From an uncultured Clostridia bacterium (GTDB taxonomy: Bacteria; Bacillota; Clostridia; TANB77; RGIG9151), in the NCBI GenBank assembly GCA_934500865.1, contig CAKSUD010000002.1, positions 1 through 54,819 of the forward strand: a DNA stretch of 54,819 bases, read 5' to 3'. Both the position numbers and the translations under genes were made by a program. The notes below the pieces were generated by a model. It worked only from the letters and a program-made list of their open reading frames with translations. It had not been told where the DNA came from and did no database searches. Positions 38,349 through 47,600 of the stretch are shown here, piece by piece (position 1 is the first letter of the stretch; each line of letters opens with the position of its first letter).

Positions 38349-41300
38349 ATGGATATTTTGTTTCACGATCAAGGATATAAATATTTTTATCCGTTAGAGC
38401 CAAAGAATACAGATAGTGTTACAATAAGGCTTCAGGCTGATAGAAAACTAAAATCTGTTGTTTTATTGCTTAAAGAAAAGGATAGCAAGCAGATAGAAGA
38501 AATTGAACTTAAATATGAAAAGCAGGATGTAATTGAACGCTTTTCTCTTTACGTTTGTGAAATTCCGCCTAAAACAGATCCGTACCGATATTGCTTTAAG
38601 TCAGAAACCGAGGACGGTACTGTAAAATACCTTAATGTTTTTGGTGAGAGTGACGAATTGAATATTAAAAGCGGATTTTATGTAATTCCGGATTTTACTA
38701 CACCCGATTGGTCAAAGGGTATTTTCTGGTACTCCGTTTTGCCGCATGCTTTTCGTAACGGTAATCTGTTAAACGATAAAACTGGCGAGATTGAGGCAGT
38801 ACCCTTCGGCGGTGGCGTCTGTCATCCGTATTGCAGTCGCTATTGCGGTGATATTGAAGGCGTTAAGGAAAAACTTGATTACATAAAAGACATCGGTGCG
38901 GATGCGGTTTATATGAATCCTTTATGGACTTGTAAGGATGCGGCAGGCTATGGACCCGATAACTTCGATATGCTTGACCCTGCTTACTGTAACGATAAGG
39001 AACTGTCAGAGTTCGTAAAGACAGCTCATGAAAAAGACTTAAGGGTTATGCTTGATGCAGTTGTGGTTTTCTCTACTACAACCAGCAATCTTTGTAATCA
39101 AAATGATGAATGGATTCAGAAGGGCGCATTAGTAGACCAAAATAGCAAATTCTGTGATTATTTTCACTTTAAGAGGTGGCCTGATGAATATCAAAATTAT
39201 TTTGCATCGCTTTTGTTCGATTTTAATAAAGACATTGTAAAAGACTATCTTTACAGAAATGAAGATTCTCACTTACAGCGCTATTTAAAGCCACCTTATA
39301 ATATTGATGCCTGGCGTTTTGACTCGTCTGATTTGCTTTGGGGTGAGGGGCTAAATGCAGTTCAAATAGCCGCCGATATAAAGACTTACCTTAAAAAGAT
39401 CAATCCCGATATGTTGTTTTTGGGTGAGAATTACGGCAATATGGATGAGGGTGTGTGGGAAACCTGTTGGAATATGCACCATCTTTTTAATCTTCGTGAA
39501 TGGATTTTAAAAAAGTATGATATGAAATTTTTCCTTTGGAAGATGCGTATGTCTCTTAACGAACGCTCAAGACCGTTAGCACTTTCAATGTATACTCATT
39601 TTGATACTCACGATGTACCACGCCTTTATCCTCAAGTGGACGAGAAAGAGCGACTTCTTTCGGGTATAATCTGTCAAATGACTTATCTTGGAAGTCCAAC
39701 TCTATATTACGGTGATGAAACAGGGGATAAAAATCTTAATATTGGTTATTATCATAACTTTAATTGGGATACAGATAGTTGGGATACCGACTTTTACAAA
39801 TATTATAAACTACTCGGTACTCTACGCCACGAAAATAATGTCTTTAAAAAGGGAATTGTTCGTGTAGGACTTATAGATAATGAGCGCGAACTATTGTCCT
39901 ACGGCAGATTTGACCAAAACGGTGCAACTGTTACTGTTGTTAATCCCAATAAGGTGATAAAAGGTCTTGAAATACCTGTCGATATTTATGATATCTCTGA
40001 CGGAGCAACACTTACCGATATTATATCTGGTATGAAATACACGGTAGAAAACGGTGTTATTACAGCTGATGTTTTAGGCGGCGGTGCAGTTTATGTACTT
40101 GATTTAAGAGAAGACTTCCCAAGCCTTTTGCAAATTACATATCCGGATACTCTAAAAGTAAATGGTATAAAAACACCTGAAAGAGATTGGAATTACCGTA
40201 TTGAGCTTTTAAAGAAAAGTGGCGATTTTAAACTTGTTGTCGGTGACAATGCGGAAAATGGTATATATTTGTCTTATACTAATAAAGCTTTAAGTTTTGG
40301 TCGTATAGTTTCTGATGAAAAAATACCGTTCTTTACTGAAAATGCAAATACCGATGATATAACTTTGCAGATAGAACGAATTGGTACACGTTATAGAGCG
40401 TTTTATTGTGTAGATGATGGTATTTGGCGGTTGCTCGGTGAAAATCTGTTTGCATCATTTAATTCACCAAGCCTCTATATTAACGGTATTGTAGAAAAAC
40501 AAAGCTTCGGCAATATTGCTTTTGGCGGTAATGATTTATTTGTACCCATAAGCTATAAAGGTTTTGACGGTGAATGGGATAAATTAAATTCAAGTCGTGA
40601 TCTTTTAAAACTTCAAACATTAGATTCTGCAGATAATTACGCCTATGTAAACGGCGGTATTGAGCGTGTGGCAGATGGTTTTGGTACATTCGTTTATCAT
40701 AAATCGCTCAAAAATTTTAAAATTAATGTATCGCTTTTACCACTTGATGACGGGGAATGCGGAATCCTTTTCGGTGCAGACAGTAATGCACAGGGCGGAT
40801 ATAAATTTTTCCTTAATAAAAACGGCGAATATTCATTATGTAATAATGGCGGTTCCATTATAGACGGTATTGTACCGATAGATGAATTTGGCGCAGACTT
40901 TATTATTGAAGCATTTGCAAATAGTCTTGTTCTTTATCATAACAATAAAGTTATATTTTTTGACCGCTTGGGCGATGTTTCGGGCTATATAGGTTATTTT
41001 GGCGGTAAATATAAAGTGTTAAACTTTATGGTTTGTGATTTGTCAGAGGGCGTTACCACCCAAAATGTTTTTTGGAATATTAAGGGAAATAAGGCCGCAT
41101 TTAAAGGAACAGGTCTTTTAAGTGTTAAGGGTAGAGCATATAGTGACTTTAAGGCATCCGTTAAGATTAAAATTGCCGAAAATACCGAAAAATTGGGTTG
41201 TGCGGGAATTTTGACGGCGGCAAACGAAAGCTTACTTCCTCGCTATGACGGACTATTCTTTGCCATATCGTCTGACGGAAATCTTGTTGTTAAGAGTAAT

Positions 41301-41504
41301 AGTAAAATTTATTATAATGAGCTTATTAAGAATAAAACTGATGAGTATTTGCTTACGGTCCAATGTACAAACGGTGAATACAACTGTGCTATAAACGGTG
41401 AATATCTCTTTAGTTTTGGTTTTAAGGAAAAAATGGGTGGCGCAGTATCGCTTTGTACCGAAACAGCCGATGCATTGTTTGAAGACTTTAATATTATGGT
41501 TTAG
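38349..41504 (+). CDS. Cytoplasmic divergent GH13-like enzyme fused to LamG/DUF1080-like modules (1051 aa)
   Basis: It has no signal peptide. It contains FHDQGYKYFYPLEP, CGDIEGVKEKLDYIKDIGADAVYMNPL, RVMLDAVVVF, IDAWRFDSS, LFLGEN, YTHFDTHDVPRL and MTYLGSPTLYYGDE. C-terminal modules end in ...SGYIGYFGGKYKVLNFMV. Confidence 0.75.
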   Translation: MDILFHDQGYKYFYPLEPKNTDSVTIRLQADRKLKSVVLLLKEKDSKQIEEIELKYEKQDVIERFSLYVCEIPPKTDPYRYCFKSETEDGTVKYLNVFGESDELNIKSGFYVIPDFTTPDWSKGIFWYSVLPHAFRNGNLLNDKTGEIEAVPFGGGVCHPYCSRYCGDIEGVKEKLDYIKDIGADAVYMNPLWTCKDAAGYGPDNFDMLDPAYCNDKELSEFVKTAHEKDLRVMLDAVVVFSTTTSNLCNQNDEWIQKGALVDQNSKFCDYFHFKRWPDEYQNYFASLLFDFNKDIVKDYLYRNEDSHLQRYLKPPYNIDAWRFDSSDLLWGEGLNAVQIAADIKTYLKKINPDMLFLGENYGNMDEGVWETCWNMHHLFNLREWILKKYDMKFFLWKMRMSLNERSRPLALSMYTHFDTHDVPRLYPQVDEKERLLSGIICQMTYLGSPTLYYGDETGDKNLNIGYYHNFNWDTDSWDTDFYKYYKLLGTLRHENNVFKKGIVRVGLIDNERELLSYGRFDQNGATVTVVNPNKVIKGLEIPVDIYDISDGATLTDIISGMKYTVENGVITADVLGGGAVYVLDLREDFPSLLQITYPDTLKVNGIKTPERDWNYRIELLKKSGDFKLVVGDNAENGIYLSYTNKALSFGRIVSDEKIPFFTENANTDDITLQIERIGTRYRAFYCVDDGIWRLLGENLFASFNSPSLYINGIVEKQSFGNIAFGGNDLFVPISYKGFDGEWDKLNSSRDLLKLQTLDSADNYAYVNGGIERVADGFGTFVYHKSLKNFKINVSLLPLDDGECGILFGADSNAQGGYKFFLNKNGEYSLCNNGGSIIDGIVPIDEFGADFIIEAFANSLVLYHNNKVIFFDRLGDVSGYIGYFGGKYKVLNFMVCDLSEGVTTQNVFWNIKGNKAAFKGTGLLSVKGRAYSDFKASVKIKIAENTEKLGCAGILTAANESLLPRYDGLFFAISSDGNLVVKSNSKIYYNELIKNKTDEYLLTVQCTNGEYNCAINGEYLFSFGFKEKMGGAVSLCTETADALFEDFNIMV

Positions 41505-41548
41505 CGGTAAAACGTTCATTAAAATTAATAACAAATACATAGTGGTGA

Positions 41549-42649
41549 ATGATCATGACTATAATTTACGGAAAAGATAACAATATAAATTTCAAATTCA
41601 GTGAAGGTTGCGATTTTGTTTTAGAATTAGGAAAAGAACGCAAGAATGACGAAATCCACATTTTACAGCTTACAGATATGCAGATTATCGATTCTTCACG
41701 GCAACGAATCGAGCGTAGACTTCGTCACGATGAAATCGCAGCTTGGGGAAGAGATACCATTAAGGGCAACTGCTATGACCATATAAGCAGCCTTGTTGCC
41801 CAAACAAACCCCGATTTAATATTTATAACGGGTGATATCGTTTACGGCGAGTTTGATGACAGCGGTGAGGTTTTAAAGGATTTTATAGGCTTTATGGATA
41901 GTTTTGAAATTCCTTGGACTGCCGTTTACGGAAATCACGATTACGAATCTAAAATCGGTATAGAAAAGCAGTGTAAGATGTACGAAAACGGTAAATACTG
42001 TATGTTTAAAAGGGGTACTGTTAGCGGAAATTCTAACTTTACACTCGGTATTTCTGTTTGCGGTGAACTTAAAAGGGTAATGTATATGCTCGATTCCCAC
42101 GGTGCTTTAAGAAAGCGGGACTTGCTTCCCGACCAGATAGACTTTATGAAAGCTAAGGCTTCTGCCATTAAAGAAAAATACGGTATGATAGCCGAGGTTT
42201 TTTTGGCTTTTCATATTCCTGTTGATTTTTTTAAAAAAGCTGCCTACTCAAAGGGTTATGCTACCGACGAAAAACCGCACTTTAATATCGGAGTAGATGT
42301 TAAAGCAAAAGATGGCGATTTCGGCTTTGATTATGAAAACGGCGGTACTGGCGGATATGTAGAAACCAACGAAAGCTTTGCCGAGTTTTTAAAAATTGCT
42401 AACATCAAGGGTGTTTTTGTTGGTCATAATCATAGCCGCTGTACTGTAATAGAATATAACGGTATAAAATTGGCATACGGTCTTAAAACCGATCAATACG
42501 ATTATCATACAAGGGGCATTATAGGTGGCACACTTATAACAGTAAACCGTGAAAACAATGATTTTAGGGTTCAGCATATTCAGTCACTTGTGAAATTCAA
42601 TCCTTTTCCGGCACTCGCTCCCTCGTACAAAGACTTTTTTGTGGTATAA
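41549..42649 (+). CDS. Metallophosphoesterase (calcineurin-like), cytoplasmic
   Basis: The motifs occur in canonical order: ILQLTDMQ, ITGDIVYGE, VYGNHDYE, AFHIP and VGHNH. Confidence 0.85.
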   Translation: MIMTIIYGKDNNINFKFSEGCDFVLELGKERKNDEIHILQLTDMQIIDSSRQRIERRLRHDEIAAWGRDTIKGNCYDHISSLVAQTNPDLIFITGDIVYGEFDDSGEVLKDFIGFMDSFEIPWTAVYGNHDYESKIGIEKQCKMYENGKYCMFKRGTVSGNSNFTLGISVCGELKRVMYMLDSHGALRKRDLLPDQIDFMKAKASAIKEKYGMIAEVFLAFHIPVDFFKKAAYSKGYATDEKPHFNIGVDVKAKDGDFGFDYENGGTGGYVETNESFAEFLKIANIKGVFVGHNHSRCTVIEYNGIKLAYGLKTDQYDYHTRGIIGGTLITVNRENNDFRVQHIQSLVKFNPFPALAPSYKDFFVV

Positions 42650-42805
42650 AATAGAAATAAATAATCGTAAAAGATTAAGGACGAAGGATTTAAATTCAAT
42701 GGGATATATATTTTATAACAAAAGGGATTTTTAAAGGCTCAAATTACATTGAAAAACTTAGATAAGTATTTTCTGTTTTGACCCCCAAAAAAATAAAATA
42801 TCATA

Positions 42806-42865
42806 CAAATTTACACCTTTTGTGAACAAATATGCATTTGTTTTGTTTGCTTTTACTGATAAAAT
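42806..42865 (+). promoter_or_regulatory. Operator box copy 4 plus extended -10 promoter of the dockerin-protein gene
   Basis: The box is CAAATTTACACCTTTTGTGAACAAATATGCATTT (42806-42839). TGATAAAAT lies at 42857-42865. The -10 hexamer starts 21 nt after the box end. Confidence 0.7.
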
Positions 42866-42987
42866 AATAATATAGTTTTATACTATAGGGGTGGGAAAAA
42901 GTTTTAAAGGAGTGATATGTAATAAATCGATACACTCATGTAAAAGGGATTATTTTGCCCCAAAAAAATATTTTAGGAGGAAAAAAT

Positions 42988-44523
42988 ATGAAAAAACGTT
43001 CTTTATTGGCATTTGTACTTTCTTTTGCACTAATTTTAAGTGTTTGCACATGTGCATTTGGTGGGGTCGTTGCTTCGGCTGCAACTACGGCACCGTCTTA
43101 TGACCCATGGTCGAGTGAAAAAATCACAACATACGGTACGCAGTTATTTACCGAATCTTTAACAGTTTTAGATATACCTGAATATGATACATCAAAAGCT
43201 GTATATACTAAAACAACCGTAACAAGAAATGATAATAATATACTTAACACAACACCTGTTATACTTTTAGCTAAAACAGATTCTGATTTGACTCATGCAG
43301 AAAGAGGTAATTTTAAAAATTCATACCTTGTAATGTGGATGGCAGCAAGCGGAGGTTATGCTATTTGTTTACTTGGATCTGATGTTACAGGTACAGCAGT
43401 CTTTCCTACAAGCTTTTTGAAATTTGCTGACCAAACTTCAGTAACAGGCTTTGCTGGTTACGGCGGTGTATACCCGGGTGGCGGAGCTTCAATATTAAAT
43501 TATCAAGAGGTAATCACTAAAATTGAAGATGGAAAAATTTCTGTTTGGATGAAAGATAGTGCAGGTAATGTTAAGGAGATACTTCGAGAATATTCACATG
43601 CTGAATATAATATTACAGGACCCGCTGCCGGTTATCTTACTTCGCAGAAGATTAGCAATAACTATAACTATGCTTGTGAGGTTTGGGTAGACGGAATTGT
43701 TGAAGTAGTTGATCCTAACGCACAGCCTAAACTCGATGAAACAACACAGAAAGCTTTTGTAAGCGAAATTTCTTCCGGTATTAAGTCGAATACCGCTATG
43801 GAGTTATATGATATTGACAAATATGTAGCTGACGGTGCTACTGTTTATACAAAGACAGTTGTTAAGCCTTCTTGGGGCTACAATGATTATAGCGGTCCTA
43901 TAGTTGCACTTGCTGCAACCGATTACAAGGCAGACGATACCGATACAAAGGATTACTATTTAGGCGTTTACTGCCTTGGCGGTCACGGTTGGGGTATTGC
44001 TGTTGCTAATGATCGTAATCAGGTAGGCGGAACCTATGTTAAGTATAATATGACTTATTCAGATGGTACAATGCAGTTCCCGACAGATGGCCTTGAAATT
44101 GTTTCAAAGGTATCAGACGGTAAGATTTCCGTTTGGATAGATGGTAATCTTGTACTTGAGAATTATTCAAGCACTAAGTATAACATCACCGCTCCTGTTT
44201 TAGGTGCTTGTGGTTTAAACACAAATGGCTATTCACTTAATGGCACAAAGGCTTGGGTTGATAATGCTGACTACGGCTATTTAGGTGACCTGAATGCAGA
44301 TCTAGAAATCAACATTCTCGACCTCGTTAGAGCCAAAAAGATTTCTGCTAATATTGATGGTGCTTCTGCATTTAACGATAATGTTAAGGCGTTTAACTCA
44401 GAGGGCACAATCGGTTCGGCTGAGCTTATTCAGATGAGGCAGTACCTTTTAGGTGTTATTGATAAATTCGAGGTTGCTATTGAATATGGTGAGGATACAA
44501 CCCCTGCTGAAGGATTGCTCTAA
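42988..44523 (+). CDS. Secreted protein: A module, second beta-sandwich module and C-terminal dockerin-like module
   Basis: RBS AGGAGG precedes the start. The signal peptide is MKKRSLLAFVLSFALILSVCTCAFGGVVASA. A-module copy 3 is present. The C-terminal EF-hand-like pair reads GDLNADLEINILDLVRAKK ... FNSEGTIGSAELIQMRQYLLG. Confidence 0.8.
   Translation: MKKRSLLAFVLSFALILSVCTCAFGGVVASAATTAPSYDPWSSEKITTYGTQLFTESLTVLDIPEYDTSKAVYTKTTVTRNDNNILNTTPVILLAKTDSDLTHAERGNFKNSYLVMWMAASGGYAICLLGSDVTGTAVFPTSFLKFADQTSVTGFAGYGGVYPGGGASILNYQEVITKIEDGKISVWMKDSAGNVKEILREYSHAEYNITGPAAGYLTSQKISNNYNYACEVWVDGIVEVVDPNAQPKLDETTQKAFVSEISSGIKSNTAMELYDIDKYVADGATVYTKTVVKPSWGYNDYSGPIVALAATDYKADDTDTKDYYLGVYCLGGHGWGIAVANDRNQVGGTYVKYNMTYSDGTMQFPTDGLEIVSKVSDGKISVWIDGNLVLENYSSTKYNITAPVLGACGLNTNGYSLNGTKAWVDNADYGYLGDLNADLEINILDLVRAKKISANIDGASAFNDNVKAFNSEGTIGSAELIQMRQYLLGVIDKFEVAIEYGEDTTPAEGLL
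43147..43686 (+). repeat. A-module copy 3 (coding repeat, 180 aa) in a different gene
   Basis: It runs FTESLTVLDI...RNDNNILNTTPVILLAKTDS...GNFKNSYLVMWMA...KISVWM...SQKISNNYNYACEVW. By eye, well over half of the positions are identical to copy 1. Confidence 0.85.
44284..44457 (+). other. Dockerin-like module (two degenerate calcium-binding repeats)
   Basis: GDLNADLEINILDLVRAKK and AFNSEGTIGSAELIQMRQYLLG follow the spacing of dockerin repeat pairs. The second repeat is degenerate. Confidence 0.6.
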
Positions 44524-44554
44524 ACTTCAATGATTTTTACCTTGTAATAACTGT

Positions 44555-44590
44555 AAAAGTCAGACTCGCCATAGCGTGCCTGACTTTTTT
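44555..44590 (+). terminator. Rho-independent terminator
   Basis: AAAAGTCAG (44555-44563) pairs with CTGACTTTT (44580-44588) around a GC-containing loop region, and the T-run runs to 44590. Confidence 0.7.
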
Positions 44591-44616
44591 CTATGAATAT
44601 GTTTTAGGAGGAGCTA

Positions 44617-47600
44617 ATGTTTAAAAAAATTCAAAAGCGTTTATTCGTTATTTTGCTTACGGTTACCATAATCGCGGCAGAATGTGCGGTATCATTTTTC
44701 CCCGTAGCAGCAGCAAGTTACAGCACAAATGACGGATATTTCCATGACCAAGGCGGCGACTATATGTCGCCTGTGGCACCCACCTCTTCACAGGCGGTAA
44801 CCTTAAAGCTTCGTACACCGTCTGCTGATTCAAGTAAAAATGACAAGATATATATACGCTATACTACTAATAATGGTGATAGTTGGACTGATATTTCTAT
44901 GACAAAAACAGGCTCGATATTAGACGGCATATTTGATATTTGGCAAGGAACTATACCTGCTACAAGCAGTCGTTATTATTATCAGTTCAAGTTAGTTGAT
45001 GATGGTTTAATATGGGATACTACAAATTATTTTGGGTTAGGCGGAAAGAGTAGTAGTCAGCTGCCAATCGCAAACTGTTATCAGGTATGGCCGAATTTTT
45101 CGACGCCTGAATGGTCACACGGCGCTTATTGGTATTATGTAGCACCAACATCTTTCTTTAATGGTGACAGCCTTAATGATATAGGTGGGGATATGTCTGA
45201 CTATGCAAGCGGTAAAAAAATGAACGCTGACCACTACAAAGCTACCTATGGCGGAGATGTTAAGGGTGTCAGTAAAAAGCTTTCATACATAAAAGACCTC
45301 GGTTGTACAGGTGTTTATCTTAATCCCTTACATTTATCATATAATGCAATCGGCTATGGTATTATGAATAACTATATGCTTGATTCACAGTATACTACCG
45401 AAAACGAATATAAGCAGTTTGTGAACAGCGCACATAACAACGATATGCGAGTTATGTTCGATGTTTTGGCTCACTCCGTAATTGATGCTAATGTTTGGTT
45501 TAACTCCTATAATAAATATCCTGTAGTGGGTGCATATAATTCTGCAAGTAGTGCTTTCCGTAATATGTTCCATTTTGACAGTAACGGTGCTGTAACTAAA
45601 TTTCTATCATCAAATGCGCTTGATTATGCAAATGATGTTACAAAGAATTTAATGTATAAAAATGAGGACTCTTATTTAAGCCGTTATTTAAGTGACGAAT
45701 ACGGTGCAGATGCTCTACGTTTTGATGCAGGTGCACATCTTTACGGAACAGGACTTACCATAAATCGGATAACCGAAGATTTAACTAGTACATTGAAGTC
45801 AAGATATCCCGATAAGCTTCTTATTTGCGAGAATTACTCCGATGATAGTAATTCTACATCGCATTTAACGAGTGGTTGGGATACCTGCTGGAATACGCCA
45901 ATGATTTATTGGATCAGAGGTCTTGCAGAGGGCACGCAGACAATAAGTGGTTTTGTATATCGCAGTATACATGATGTACTTACTTGGCCGCGTGATATGG
46001 TGCTTTCCATGCAACAGCTTATAACCTCTCACGATCTTGAGCGTTTACAAAATTCAGCAGATGAAACAGGCAGAAGAATGGCAAGAATTTTCCAAATGAC
46101 CTACGTTGGTTCTCCAATGCTTTATTATGGTGATGAAACCGATGCTGAGAGTCTTTACAACAGCAAGATAGAGCAATTTGACTGGAATAAAGATAACTGG
46201 AATATGAATACCTATAATCTTGTAAAGGGTTTAGGTCAGCTTAGAAATGAATATACCTGTCTTAAAAACGGTGTTGTAAAGTTCGGTCAGTCAGATAACG
46301 ACGCAAAGACATTAAGTATGGCTCGTTGGGATAAAAATGGTGCTGTAATTTCTTTGCTTAACGGAAATAACTCTGCTGTGGATATGAGCGTAAACGTTGC
46401 GCAGTTTGAGGTTGCAAACGGTACAGTTCTCACAGACTATTTTACAGGCAAAACCTATACTGTATCAAACGGTAGCATAACTGCAAGCGTACTTGCAGGC
46501 GGTACTGTTTTGGTAACAGGCGGAAATACAGTTTCAACTATCGGCAAATACAACAAAACACTTTTAGGAGGTAGTGGCACTGCTACACTCGGTAGCGATT
46601 CAACTACCATTACATTAAGCGGCAAAGGCTCTGTTACAACCACATCCGACAGCGGACTTTTTGTATATAGCGAGGCTGACAGCGGTTTTGAGCTTGGAGC
46701 TGATGTTAGCACCACAGGAACAGTTGCACTTGCTTTGCGTGATACAAAAGATGCACAGTCAAAAGGCTACTATGCAGTAGTAAACGGTAGTAATAAAACT
46801 ATTTCTGTTTATAAGCGTGAAGCCAATAATCAAGCGTCAACACTTGTTACAACCGCAAATTATACCGACAGTATCCTTAAAATTAAGCTTGTGAGAAGCG
46901 GTAATAATGATTTTAGTGTTCAGACTTTTGAAAAATCCGCTTGGACAACTGTTGCTAATTCACAGGTTAAGTTCTCATTAAGTTCAAAACTCTATGCGGG
47001 CGCAATCAATTTAAGCGGTACTGCTACAATAGGCAATATGGGTATTACTATTTATGACAACACCTATTATGACGGATTTATAAGTGATAAGATAGTTGCG
47101 GAATCCGCTACTTATACTGTACAAAACATTTCACTTGATAAGACTGTTTATGGTAAAGCAAAGCTTTCTTCTGAAATCTACACAGAGAGAACAGGCAACA
47201 CAAACGGCGGCTACGATGCGCTTATTGTACACCTTGGTAATGTAACACACACCAGTGCTTCTTGGAGCGAAGATGTAACAGGTGATTGGTACTTGTATTT
47301 ATCCCGTGAATACGGCTTAGAAATGCGTGTTAAAAAGTTGGACGGTTCTGAATGGTATTGGGGTGCACATTATAAAACCCTTAATTATCCTGACAGTAAT
47401 AGTCTTGAATTTAAAGGTCCGTATACCTTAAAATATGCTTTATCAAATGATAATTTAAAAGTTTGGATTAACGGACAGCTTATGTATGATTACGATTATA
47501 CATCTTGGTTTTCTGTTTATAGCGGAAATGTTACGACCAAATTAAATTTCTTTGCTACCGGATATGGTATGACTGAAAGCAGAACTCCTGTTACAAAGGT

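Noticed and set aside
42891-43103. A 70-aa ORF in the leader and start region of the dockerin-protein gene.
   Set aside because: It overlaps the better-supported frame (AGGAGG plus ATG 42988 with a signal peptide). It is Cys/Phe/Lys-rich and has no RBS.
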